The notes below the pieces were generated by a model that searched no databases, was not told the DNA's origin, and saw nothing but the letters and a program-made list of their open reading frames with translations. A DNA stretch of 64,000 nt from assembly GCA_030141605.1 (NCBI GenBank), contig JAQGDQ010000073.1, forward strand, positions 620,001 through 684,000, read 5' to 3'. Positions within the stretch are counted from its first letter, which is position 1, and each line of letters starts with the position of its first letter. Positions 37,256-48,960 of the stretch are shown here, in pieces. Made by a program: the position numbers and the translations under genes. The DNA is from Tubiluchus corallicola. Its lineage: Eukaryota; Animalia; Priapulida.

Positions 37256-40200
37256 ATGCCGCATGTCAATGGAAGCAGCGGCGATGATTTGGCGTCATCC
37301 GACGAAGTGAAAGTGTACAAAGACGAGGGAGATGAATCCAAAAATAAATCGGAAAGCATACTTCGTGAAGATAAACTCAATCTTGTCAGCGAGACTGAGG
37401 TGAGGACCGAATTAAAACTTTTTAAATAGTTTTTCGCTAGTTTTCAATTCTTGTTTTCTGTATTTTGTTATTATATTATGGGTATTTTTTGCAGGATAAA
37501 CCTAGTTCATCTGAAAGACGAGAGGATGATAGCAGGCGACGGGTTGAAAACGGTGAGTACAGCTAGTGCAGTGATTCATACTTGGGTTAGCCTCAGTGTG
37601 TTGTCATGATGAATGTCAGTGATTGGGCTCAAGTGAAATTAGCATGGATGGCTGCTGATTATAGAGAGTATGTTTATCAAAGATAATGGCAATAAATAAA
37701 ATATAGTTAAATATAGCCAATCAATTGATGATAGTTAAAGCTGTATTCTTTAATATCTGAGTAAGTTATCACCAACATTATTTTTTTTATAATTTCAATA
37801 ATGTTGTACCCACATACTTTCTTGGAGACTGTACACACATGGTTTTTTTTGGAAGAATTTTATTAAATATGGAATGTTTTATTTTGGAATTTTTTGTGAA
37901 GTTGTTAAAAACGAAAATTTTTAATACTGCCAAAGATTTAAAAATAATTTGAACCTGTCAATAAAAACATGAATTAAGTATACATGTGTTGACTTAGAGT
38001 CTGCCTAATGCACCATTTCAGTGACATCGCATAAATTTTACAATAGTTATTTTGGTAGTCAAAAGAACTCATTTGCAAATATTATTCAACATCAATTTTT
38101 GTGGTATGTGCGAGAAATGGTTTTTAATGACATTGTTTGTATTGATGTATGTGTGCATTTCGATCTAGCTAGTTTAGTTTTTATCTTGTACAAGCTGTAC
38201 ATAGAGCTTGTACTCCTCTACTAAAGTTAATTAGTTTTAAGAGCTAAGTACTTGCATGTAAAAGTGTAACAGTAATGTTACTTAAAAAATTATATATGAA
38301 AATATGTCTTAAATATACTCCATCAATTTCAGTAGTCTTGTATGTTTTGGGTCAAACACACATTGCAACTGTGTAAACTGAAATAGTGTTAAAACTGCGT
38401 AGATCTTTTATGCCATCTAAAATATCAATGGTGAAACTATAGATCTGTATAGCTATTGTAGTAGTTCGTAGGATAAGACTAGTAGCTGATTAGGAAATCT
38501 TTTTTGAATTAAACAAAACCAATTGTAAATTACATTAAAAAATCTAAGTGTCAGTGCCCTCATAAATTACCTAAAGTTTTTTGTCGTATTTTTTATCATA
38601 GTTACTGTGTTACCAGTATTTACTTTAACTTAGTAAATGATTTTTGTATTCTCCGCAAGTGCTCAATTTTTTACACATTAGAGACAAACCCATAATTTCC
38701 CTTTTTTTATAAAGTGTTATGGCCACACATAGAAGCTAATACATTAATACATTATGTATAATCTTAGCAATGGCCCATTTCATCCTGTAATGATAAATAA
38801 TATAATTTATTTGTTGATTTGTACACAGGTCAGGTTTGTGCATAGTATTAGTTAGCTTTATGTGCTGTACAAATGCCTGGGGGGCAGGGGTGAATTTTGA
38901 ACAAGCCTTGTTGATGCAGCGCTAATAATCTCTAAACTTGTTTAGTTTACTTCACCTGTGCATTTTCACTTACCATATAAAAACAGTATAACAAATATGA
39001 TATTTCAGAAAGCATTCTTAGTTTTAACGTAAGTAATAAAATGTTCACTAAATTTTTCTCTGAAAGATAATGCATATTGCAAAATAATATATCTCATTCT
39101 TCCATATTTGTTTGTTTGGCAATAATAATTTCAGACCAGGATCACATGTAAATTTTGTAGTTTTTATAGTGTCGGAGTTCTCAAACATGTGGCAACTCTA
39201 ATTAGACTGTCCACCTGCTGTCATAATTTTATAACTGACTTGATAAAATAATTAATTTTATATGCTTGATATACAATTTATTTTCTGCTGTAAAATTATG
39301 TTATAAGATGGTGAAACTTTTGTAGTGTCAACAGCTGAACGCACTTGTCATTTTGACACACTGAAATGTGAAGTGTCAGTGATTTAAATTTTACTGATGT
39401 AATTGTATGCTGCCTGATAATAGATCATGTATCTGTCTATGTAATGAGGTGTAATAGCAAATTGTATTATGCATTTGTTATGTTTCTGTCTTACAACTTG
39501 TAAACTGTCATTTCATTGACATTTCCATGTCATTTTATTGTCATTTCCTCGTTATTTACTATGTATGTCCGATCTTCAAAAATATATTGCCACTTCCCTG
39601 TGTAATTGATTTTAATTGATTAAAAACCTGTTTTGTTCTGTGCTAGCTACTTTCGCATTCAAGAATCGATTAGTTTTGGTTATAAATTTATATTAGCCCC
39701 AGTTCTCCACTCTACTGTGTGGTAGGAACTGCTGACTACATTCCATTTATTATAATAAACTTATATGACGGCGGCAGCTCAAGTCAGTGTGTTACTGTAT
39801 TTTATGCTTAACAGTGAAATCTGTTTGAACTGGATAAAATTTTCACGTCTTTTTACAGAAAATTTTTTTCTGTTCATGTTATTGCTGTTTTTATTCATTA
39901 AAATTTAGATCTCTTCAAATGTTTCCCATTTTCCATCAAATTCAGGTGTATTCGATAAACTGACGTCTGGCATGCATTAGCAACTAAATATTAATATACT
40001 TTGAACTAGTTCAAATGATAATTTTTATTAACTTAAATTTTTCTTTGGAAACGTTTACAATATTATTATTATGATATGATATGTTAGTTTTTTCTGAATA
40101 ATTCGTGTGTAAAGTTGTTTTTTTAAAACGCACTTGCTTAGGGGTTAATTTTTGTCTTATTTTAACGTAAAATATGTACTATATAATTATCAGGTATAAT

Positions 40201-43200
40201 CTTAATTGTTACATTTTTAACAAAAAATTGAAAATAAGTTTTGGTTTAGTGTTGAGTAAAAGTTTGAAATTGGAATGTGAGTGTATTTTCTGTTAATGAC
40301 TGTTAATATTGTTTCTGTTAGAAATTTCACACAAGTTGTCACTTTGAAGTAAAAGTAAGTAATTATTGATAGAATTCGTTAAAACCTATTTAAAATTACC
40401 ACAACCTACATGGTACTTTAAATGTTTCGATTTCATAAGATTTCGGTTTTACTTTTGTTCTTATTCATCGTCTGACATCGAGGTACCGTATACTAACATT
40501 CGTAGTTTCAGCGTTGACGTTTCACTTAGACACATAACAGGTTTTTAAAGTCAGTTAAACTCGGGTGCAATTCTTCCGCCCGGTATTGTGGCTATTATGC
40601 TTACATGCACATGCATGGTAAATTTGATTTGCAAATAATGTAGTTCTTGGCAGCTTCTACCTAGCAGCTGTTTCTGTCTAAACTTCACACCTTTACATGG
40701 CTTATGGTCACCAAACAGAAGGTTTTTGATTTATTATTGCTCCCCCTGGATTGGCATGACGGTTTTCCTGGGTTGGGAGAGAGAGCATTGGTGTACCCAA
40801 CAAAATTCTATCGCGACATCAAAAGTTTTTTTGAATACGGTATGTTTGAGATTGTTGTTTTTGTTGTTAGTATGTTCATGATTGAATTTCAGTTATTCAT
40901 AGATTGATTGTGTGTGTAAAACCAGTGTGCAATTTGTGCTTTGATTGACAATTTATGATTTTGGATGTTAGAATCTGTTTCGTTAAATAATTTAAATGCA
41001 GAGTTTTATTAAACTGAGTACTAACATTTTTGTTATGCCAAAAAAAATTTCGTTGCTATATAGCAAAATTAGAGACTAGAACGCAGTTTAAATGTAATCC
41101 CAATTTTAATTGATTACATTTTTGGTGAGCATTTTCATCGCATCGTAATTTAAGTTTTTGGTCATTTTTTATGCGCCGTCTCATGAATGAATTAAATTTA
41201 AATTGTAGGAATAGGCTAGAAAATCTTGTCTCCCTTTGCCATGTCGCAACATTTGTTGATTGGGAATGGTGATGCTTTTAGAACTTCAATTTTTGTGCAG
41301 CTTTTGTGTTTTGCTAGATTACTTCCGAGTGTTGTATAAGAATGCGTACTTCTGTAAATTTTATTTACCCTTCGTATTCTTGCGCGTATATAACTCAAGT
41401 TAGTATTATTGTAGCTTTTAGTACTTATTGTTTTGAGTGTAGGGGTACAAGTCATATACCTAGCGTATAGCAGAGCTTTACATACTTGATATACAGTTCT
41501 ACTGCAAATATTGTGTAGGTCATACTCTTCAAACGTATGTACAGAATTACTTGGAGATGTGTGATATGTACAGTGCATTGCAGTCTCATTAGAACCTCCT
41601 TGTTCCTCGCCCTTTGGACGCTGCACGTGTCCGTTCGCGCTCTTCGGGACCTCTTTTGCTAACGTGTCAGACAACCAAGAGGTGTTGGATAAGACTAGAT
41701 TAGGGTGAGGGAATAAAAGTTCTGCAATAATACTGTGTAGTCGAACGCAAGTGAGGCCTGGTGGGCGGTGAACGGTTGAAGGGTAGATCCAGCATATCTG
41801 TGAAACGGGGTGTTGGTTCAGCTATACAAGTTCTAAGCTTTGGTGTAGTTGGTTTTAGGCTCAGCATTTAGCTTGTTGAATACTTACAAATTAAAATAAT
41901 TTACACATAATTCATTTTATTTGCACCCAAAGCTGAGAAAATTGCACATTGAGTTCTTACCTTTTGTATTTATTCCAATAGATAAACTTGCATAATTTCG
42001 TATAGTATGCCTTATAAAAAATAAAATAAAAACATGCTCTACAGCAAATCTCTTTATACCGCCTATCATGGGACTACAAAAAAGTAGACGTTACAGCGAG
42101 TTGTGCATTATAACGATTATTAAGGTGCATTCATATATACATGTCTAAGCAAATATAGGTATTTTGTTTTGCTAAAATACGGGCGTAAAACGAGGTTGGC
42201 ATTGTAAGGGGGGGCGCTACAACGAAGATTGGCTCTATTAAAATTTTTAAACAAGGATTATTAAAGAAAATAAGACTATTAAAAACGCAAAACATTTGTT
42301 TACTTTCCGTATTAAATATTAGAATATTGGTTTTTAAATTTCTCGTACGCGTTAAAATTTCTGCTGGATGCTCTCAGTGTGTGTATCTTGTGGGAAGTCT
42401 GAGTAAGTAAGTTTATAGGTTAGTAGAAATAAACTCCTAAGTAATTATGTATAATAAATCAATAATCTTTAATAAATCCGTAACGGCACGCGTTTACAAA
42501 AACCCATTTGACAACCGACAATAAGTTATTTGGTTTTTTGTTACTTAAAGTAGCCAGCTCAATAATTCCTCTGCCGCCTAATTATCATTCTGCCTATCTA
42601 TCGAGGAATAATTAAATTAATGATAAGTTGTTGCTGGCTGGAGTAATGGTGGCATTTATTGTTCAAAGAACTGCTGCTGTTTGCGTTCTGTCGTGTGCCC
42701 TGTTGCTATCATAAACCGAACACACGTTTAACGTGAATATTTTCCCCGTTATGACTAAACCTATATAATGTTTTACTGCTTATGATTAATAGAAATTTCG
42801 TCGCACGCGTAAGTCTTGCGCCCCTGTAATGGAGCCGTTACTTGATACAGGCAGAATGTTACTCAGTACAACACACATGCTAGTACTGTAGATACAGTTA
42901 CTAACTGACGACTTGGCAACCTTGGGGACTAGCTGGCGGTGTAAACATAACATCCTACTGATCTCTAACGTCAAATTAAAAAAGCATTCCATCTTTATGT
43001 ACTTCTTTGCCATGCCCGCTGTTCGCGTAGGCGATATCTATATCAAAAAGTGCGATCCGAATACTAACGACACGAATGTCCACACCCGGCCACCCCCGTC
43101 CGAATTGAGTTCATAAGTCAACAGCAATCCCTCCCACCAGATAAGCTAGCAATGCCGCCCCATTAGCACAATCTACAGCCCGAGTTGGCAAAGGTAAGGC

Positions 43201-44278
43201 GCTGTACTTCACTCTTATCACTGAGGGGTGGGAAGATTTTTGCTTATTAAAGCCCGAGCAGTAATGCACAGTTCGACTGTTTGCCACTGGTAGTTGCTGT
43301 TTTACATGACACCTGGGAGTTTTCTCTTTTCGTTAAGCGCATCTCTTCCATTCCACCCCTTAGCTTATCGTAGATAGTTTATCTTTTACCCCCTGTGCTA
43401 GGCAAAGTGTAATAACGAGACAGGTCTGCACAATGTACTAGCTAACAACATATATACTAGTTCAAATGATGGATGGCTGCCAGCTAAATAACTTTCTTAA
43501 CAACCTCTGTCCATTGCTGCTTAGTTTTTGCTGCCTACACGACTAGACGGTTTTTTGGCTGCCAGCAATTTAATTGTTGTATCAAAATCGCGCCGATCAA
43601 ATTAGTGTAACAAAATAGTTGAAGATCATTTACTTGTAGTCGTCCGTCTGTGTTTTATACAGGTTCTTAATTGAAACTTTATACAAAACTGCAGTAGATA
43701 CTGTTAGGAGCTTAGTTTCTGCAGTCTGCTTGTCTGTTTGTGTTTTCTAGTAAAGAAATTATAAAATGATTCCAAAACAACAATGTATGAGTAACAAAAA
43801 AACATAAAATTTATAGTTTTACTTTGACTGGAACACATCACTAATTTGAAAGCTTGGTCTGAGTCTCGGATTGGAGCTTAATTCAATAAAATTATAATCA
43901 CGTCACTTGTAATTGATAAATTTATAAATTAGCTTATGACAATGACTTGTGACTAAAATGAAAATTAAAAGAGCTAGTTTTTCTCACGTTTCTAACAGTA
44001 TGTGATGTAGTTGAAGTACTTTCGTTGTTTTATCTGAATATGCATAATAATATAGTTTTAGTAAAGTGCAAATCTTGTTGTAAAATGCACTGTGTAATTT
44101 GAATTCAAGCATGGGAATATTCTAAGTATGGCTGTGAATAAAACATTTAGTCTTTTTATACATTGTTCTTTTTATTTTGCTAGGGAAAGCATTAGACATT
44201 AGTCCTCATGAAGGTCCGCCAGGTTTCGCCTATGTGGTCACACCTTACCCTCACCCAAATGGACTGGGAATGGGAATG
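37256..44278 (+). CDS. TCF: TCF/LEF (pangolin) transcription factor, 5' part; exons 37256-37399, 37495-37552, 44184-44278; HMG-box exons are not in the window
   Basis: Exon 1 [48 protein letters not shown] is the beta-catenin-binding domain (GDDL...[10 protein letters not shown]...L.EDK..LV.ETE). Exon 2 [20 protein letters not shown]; exon 3 [31 protein letters not shown]. Phases 0, 1, 0 with GT-AG sites. Confidence 0.93.
42040..42237. mobile_element. Degenerate pogo/Tigger-type MITE in TCF intron 2
   Basis: TA-CAGCAAATCTCTTTATACCGCC ... GGCGCTACAACGAAGATTGGCTC-TA: imperfect ~24-bp TIRs with TA ends and internal TTATAACG/TTACAGCG subrepeats. Confidence 0.6.
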
Positions 44279-45199
44279 GTGAGTAGAATTTTTACTGTAG
44301 ACTTGCTAGGTTTGTAAATATGCATGATACATTGTATGTAGAGGAATTTGCTCTGCTCTGCAAATTTTTGATGTTATATATATTTATTTAGCATTATAAT
44401 TTATAAATTTGAATGAATATAAAACTATGGATTGAATTTGCAGTTTGCAACCAGCCTAAACTTCGTCTCTTTGTGACTAGTACTGTATCCAATAAGTACT
44501 TAAATGGAACTGCTTACTTGGGAATACTGCATAAGATAACCGGTGGGCTAATTGTGCAGCGTCATTAGTTTGCAGGTATTTGGAGTATTTTAGGTCACTT
44601 ATCTGCAGGCTTAATCAGCGCCAATGCATTTATTTATTTGGTGACTAAAATTTTCAAAAATATCAGTATGATTTTAAAGATTAATTGTGAGAGGTTATCC
44701 TATAAAAATTCCACATGTTTAAATTGGAAACAATAGTAGTAGTTAACAGTTTTTGAGTATTCTGAAGTAATATAAGAATTTATTGAAGTTGTCGTAAATA
44801 GATTTCATCGTCGATGGTTTCATTGCTGCTTCTGCTGCTTTTCTTATTTTTGTTGTGCAGCTGTTATTGTTGCGCTTGTCCAAACAACTTTGTTGAACAA
44901 TTTTCACCTGGCAGGAGGTTTAATTTTGCTGTTCAATCATATGTTGTGACGAAACCTGCCTTCAAATTTCTTTCATGATCGCTAATTTCGCTGCTATTAT
45001 TTTAGGCAACTGATTTTCCTTGCGGACTGGCACTTACAGGGGTTTTCAATTAATCCGTGGCTTCATTTACCGATAAAACATAATTTGTTAACAACATGAA
45101 ATTGTCGCGCAACGTTTAAATGAAGCAGCGATCTCTAATAACTGCGTGATGTGGTGGAATTTTGTCAAACTGCTACGCAATTAATTTTCATACACTTCA

Positions 45200-45600
45200 G
45201 TTCCGCGAGGTACTCGATTGTTAGGCCGACTGGTGTGGAAAATGGACATTCCCAAGCGCCTCCACGATAGCATGAATTTCTTGAGTTTAGGGGTTTCTTG
45301 TGCATTTTATTTGGTTACATATTTTCCAAATCCACCCAGGAACTCGCTTAAGACAGTCAAAATGCGTCATTTTTTACTTTTATGTCTTTATAACGCAAGG
45401 GACATTTCCTGGGTTTTCTCTGACCTTGAAAGAAGTAAAGAGACTACTCCATATGACAGTGCTTCTATTTCCACCAAAGACAGACTTGTCTCCTAATACC
45501 CCATGTGTCATAACCTTCTTGGGCTATATTAAAAACCATGAAGTCCACTCGAATTAATTCATCTCTGGAGTTAGCCAAGGTAAAATATAAAGCGTTACAG
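45200..45600 (+). mobile_element. Possible Tc1/mariner transposase remnant
   Basis: PPKTDLSPNTPCVITFLGYIKN weakly resembles WPP.SPDL.P.DFFLWGY.K. Confidence 0.3.
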
Positions 45601-48600
45601 TCCTGTTCCACTGATTGCAAACACTCAAATTCAGTAAAGTACCAGACGGCTTTTTTCAGACAAGAAAATTCTGTGTTTATAAAATTATTTCTGTTCTCTC
45701 TTGCAACAGAGTCATTACTGACATTGTAGGTGACATGATGACGTTTCTGGTGTTTGCTTATGCGCTCCTATTGACCGTCTTAAGGACATTTCACAATCAA
45801 ACATTTGTCCGGTAGTGGTCAACATTCGTTTGGAGTGAGATTGGGGACAACTCCTCTAGTTAGCTACGTAAACAGTCCATGGACACTGTCCACTTAACCG
45901 GTTATTCAGCAGACCTGCTTTTCTACTAGTGAAAGTGAATGAGGGGAATTAGAGGAGGAGCTGTTTGTGCACAAATAATTTGGTGAGGTGTGAATTCCCG
46001 TGTAGGGGTGCATTGGTGGTTAACCAAACTTGCTTTCTTCATGACAGACGTGGCCACTTCATGAAATGGAAAAGTAATCGTGGCTTTGAGTTTTTTGCGT
46101 TATGTAGGGCCAACATTTTCAAAAGAGGAATTATCACCTAGTGCACATAACATTTACTGTAGATACTGAGCAGACAGATTTTAAATAATTCAAATGCACG
46201 TACATGTACTTAAAGAAACCTCTCCTCAACGGTAGGCGCATTACTACCATTAGTACTAGTTAGTCCAACCTTGGTCTTATTTCTTTACTATGTGATATAT
46301 CACGAGTTCATGTAGGAGAGCAGAAGGCTGAGAAATGTATGAGAAATAGGCATGCCATACTTGTTCTAGTGTTTCTACGATATTCAGTGTAACATTTGTA
46401 GATGGGCTGCGTTTTTGGTCTGCAGTGCTTTGCTGAGTCTGGCTTTCTCTTTGGCGAAGTCTAATTATTCGTTTAACGCCTTCTTCTCTAATTGTCCAAA
46501 GACCAGGTATGAGCAAACAAGCGCTACACAATACCTTTCTACCTGTCTGTAAAATGCAAACTTATCCCACCGAGAATATATACACACACACTTGGTTACC
46601 TGTATTCGGTTGGTTTAAGGGCTATAAGCACTTGAAAATTGTAGTGTTTGTCTGACTAAGTGTAAATACGCCTGTACTACAATATTGTAGTGTAATACTA
46701 GTGTTACTGGTTAGTAGCTGAAATATACTGTGTTTTTGTATGTTATATTAGGAGGGGGATGCTCTACCATTAACTACTTTTTTAGTATACTAACATTAAC
46801 TACTTTTTTAGTATGTCTGCTTTCAATTGTTAGTGTTCACAGGACTTGAAAGCCACTCTTAAACCCTACGCTAATACACTTTAGTCATTTGTTTGTCATT
46901 TTTAATGTTTGAAACGTTATTCGCAGAAAAAAAACAAATGAACCTGAAGCAAGTAAAACAAATTAACAGTATTCATTCTTAGTCATTAAAGCACTTTCGC
47001 TCCATCTGAAATATCAGTTGCTGTTTTTCAGACTGTCTGGCTATAAAGAAAGGTAAATTGTTGTTTCCCTTGACAATTTTCAAGTTCAGTACACGCAGAT
47101 ACATTACTTTACATAACGTTCGTGAACGGTAACTAATTTCCATTCTGATATTGAATATTATCTTTACCGGCTTATGGTCTGCAAAGCCCGAGTCAAATTG
47201 CCCATGGAATGAACGATTGCAAATTATCTGGTTAGCAATAATTTTTATTATGCGATAAATTCTGTTTCCGCTTGCGTGGTGCCATGATCGCTTTCTTTAA
47301 TATATATTTTCACCTGTCAATGATACACACGCAGGCCACACTGGCAATGAAGTTGAGTGATGTTTTGATATTATGGGAGAACTCTTATCATCTTCTAAGC
47401 TATGTTCGTGCCATCGTATTGCCCTTTTTGAGCTCTGATGACACCAGATACTTTATTTATGCAGAAAAACTACTACGTTTCAGTTTTCACAAAAACCCCA
47501 AATAGGGCTATAGAATTTAGTTTCCTTGTGGCATCTGGCATTGACTATTGACCATGTAAGGTCTAATAATCTGACTGTTCCTTATTGAACGTGACTGTAA
47601 CACGCCTAACTGCATGACACTAAATTTGAAAAATTTTGCTTATACCGTTGCTCAAGAATGTTTATCGTACAACTATTATAACGTACGTTATTTATGGAAA
47701 TTTTCAGATGAACTGTTGAAATTCTGAATTAATATGACATTTAAAAAAATTATAAAGCTAAATTATCAAGCCTGCCCACCATGCAATGGGCTTATGAATA
47801 TGTAGGTCACTTATATAAAATTGACACTGTTAACTAATAAAATAATTCCATCATGTACCATGTGACATCTACCATGTTTTCCTATCACAGCTACAGACAC
47901 CTGCAGCTGTCATTGTTATTGTAAAAGGGGATTATGCGAAAATATAGATATATAGATTTCGAAACTGTTCGCGAGGGTGTAATATAGAAATATTTCTTCC
48001 AGATTTTGTAATAAATGCTTGCAGCTAAACGGCATTAATTAGGGGTATTTTGGTGTGTAGCATCATTATCGTCTGGTTTATGAGACGCTTTTTACTTTTT
48101 CGACGCAGCTGCCAAATAGTACTTAATGTGACGTAGTGTGTATGTTTGCTCCATTTCAATTAACTTACACTGTTATGCTGGTGTTACCAAATGTGTTTGG
48201 CCTATATGTAGTTGCCCGGATTGGCTTTATATTACTGCCGACATGATACATCTGAGAGGGTTCTTTTCCTTCATTTAATGTGCGGCCTGTATGGATTTTG
48301 GCACGGTTGGCAAAATTGTTTATCTACTTTCCGTGGTCTTGTCAGGGTCTCATTCCTATCGTTACATGAAGCTCTTTTTTCGAGTGCTTTGGCATTCTGA
48401 CAGCAGCTAACGGGTGTCTGTTTAAGTAAAAACTTTGTGCTTTGCAAATTTACACCAGAACTGTAGATTGTGCTGCTGAACTTTGGCCACAGTGTAAGCG
48501 GCTAAACTTGCCTGAATATACACACTAAATACTGTTTGTGTGTTTGATGTTTAAGTAGAGTACAGGAATATCATTTAAGCGGTGTCAGCACGGTAATTTA

Positions 48601-48764
48601 ATTTAATGCCTTCCTCTCACTCTGATTATTTTAATATTATTAATGAACATGCTCCCTATATTTATTTATATGTATAGTTTTCTCAGCTAGACCCGTGCTC
48701 ATGATTGTCTGATGCTCTCCAGTCCATTCTCTGTCCAAAGATCTGAAGGAACAGTTGGAATGCA

Positions 48765-48960
48765 GACTATCCATCCCCTCTTTTGAAATGTGTGTTACTT
48801 TGCCACGCACTCACATTTGTTCAAGTATGTATATGTCCTCACGTTCATCCCATGTCCAGGGATATGTGTTGCCTCGCCATGCGTTCACCCCTATCCAGGA
48901 GTGTGTGTAGCCCGCCACGCGCCCACCCCTGGTCGAGGAATGTGTGTTTCCCAGCCAGAC
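48765..48960. repeat. Degenerate ~39-bp GC-rich minisatellite (3 clear and about 2 decayed units)
   Basis: Units: CACGTTCATCCCATGTCCAGGGATATGTGTTGCCTCGC / CATGCGTTCACCCCTATCCAGGAGTGTGTGTAGCCCGC / CACGCGCCCACCCCTGGTCGAGGAATGTGTGTTTCCCAGC. Confidence 0.7.

Noticed and set aside
41216-41674. 152-aa minus-strand ORF in TCF intron 2
   Set aside because: Non-ATG start, no recognisable domain and no supporting splice structure.
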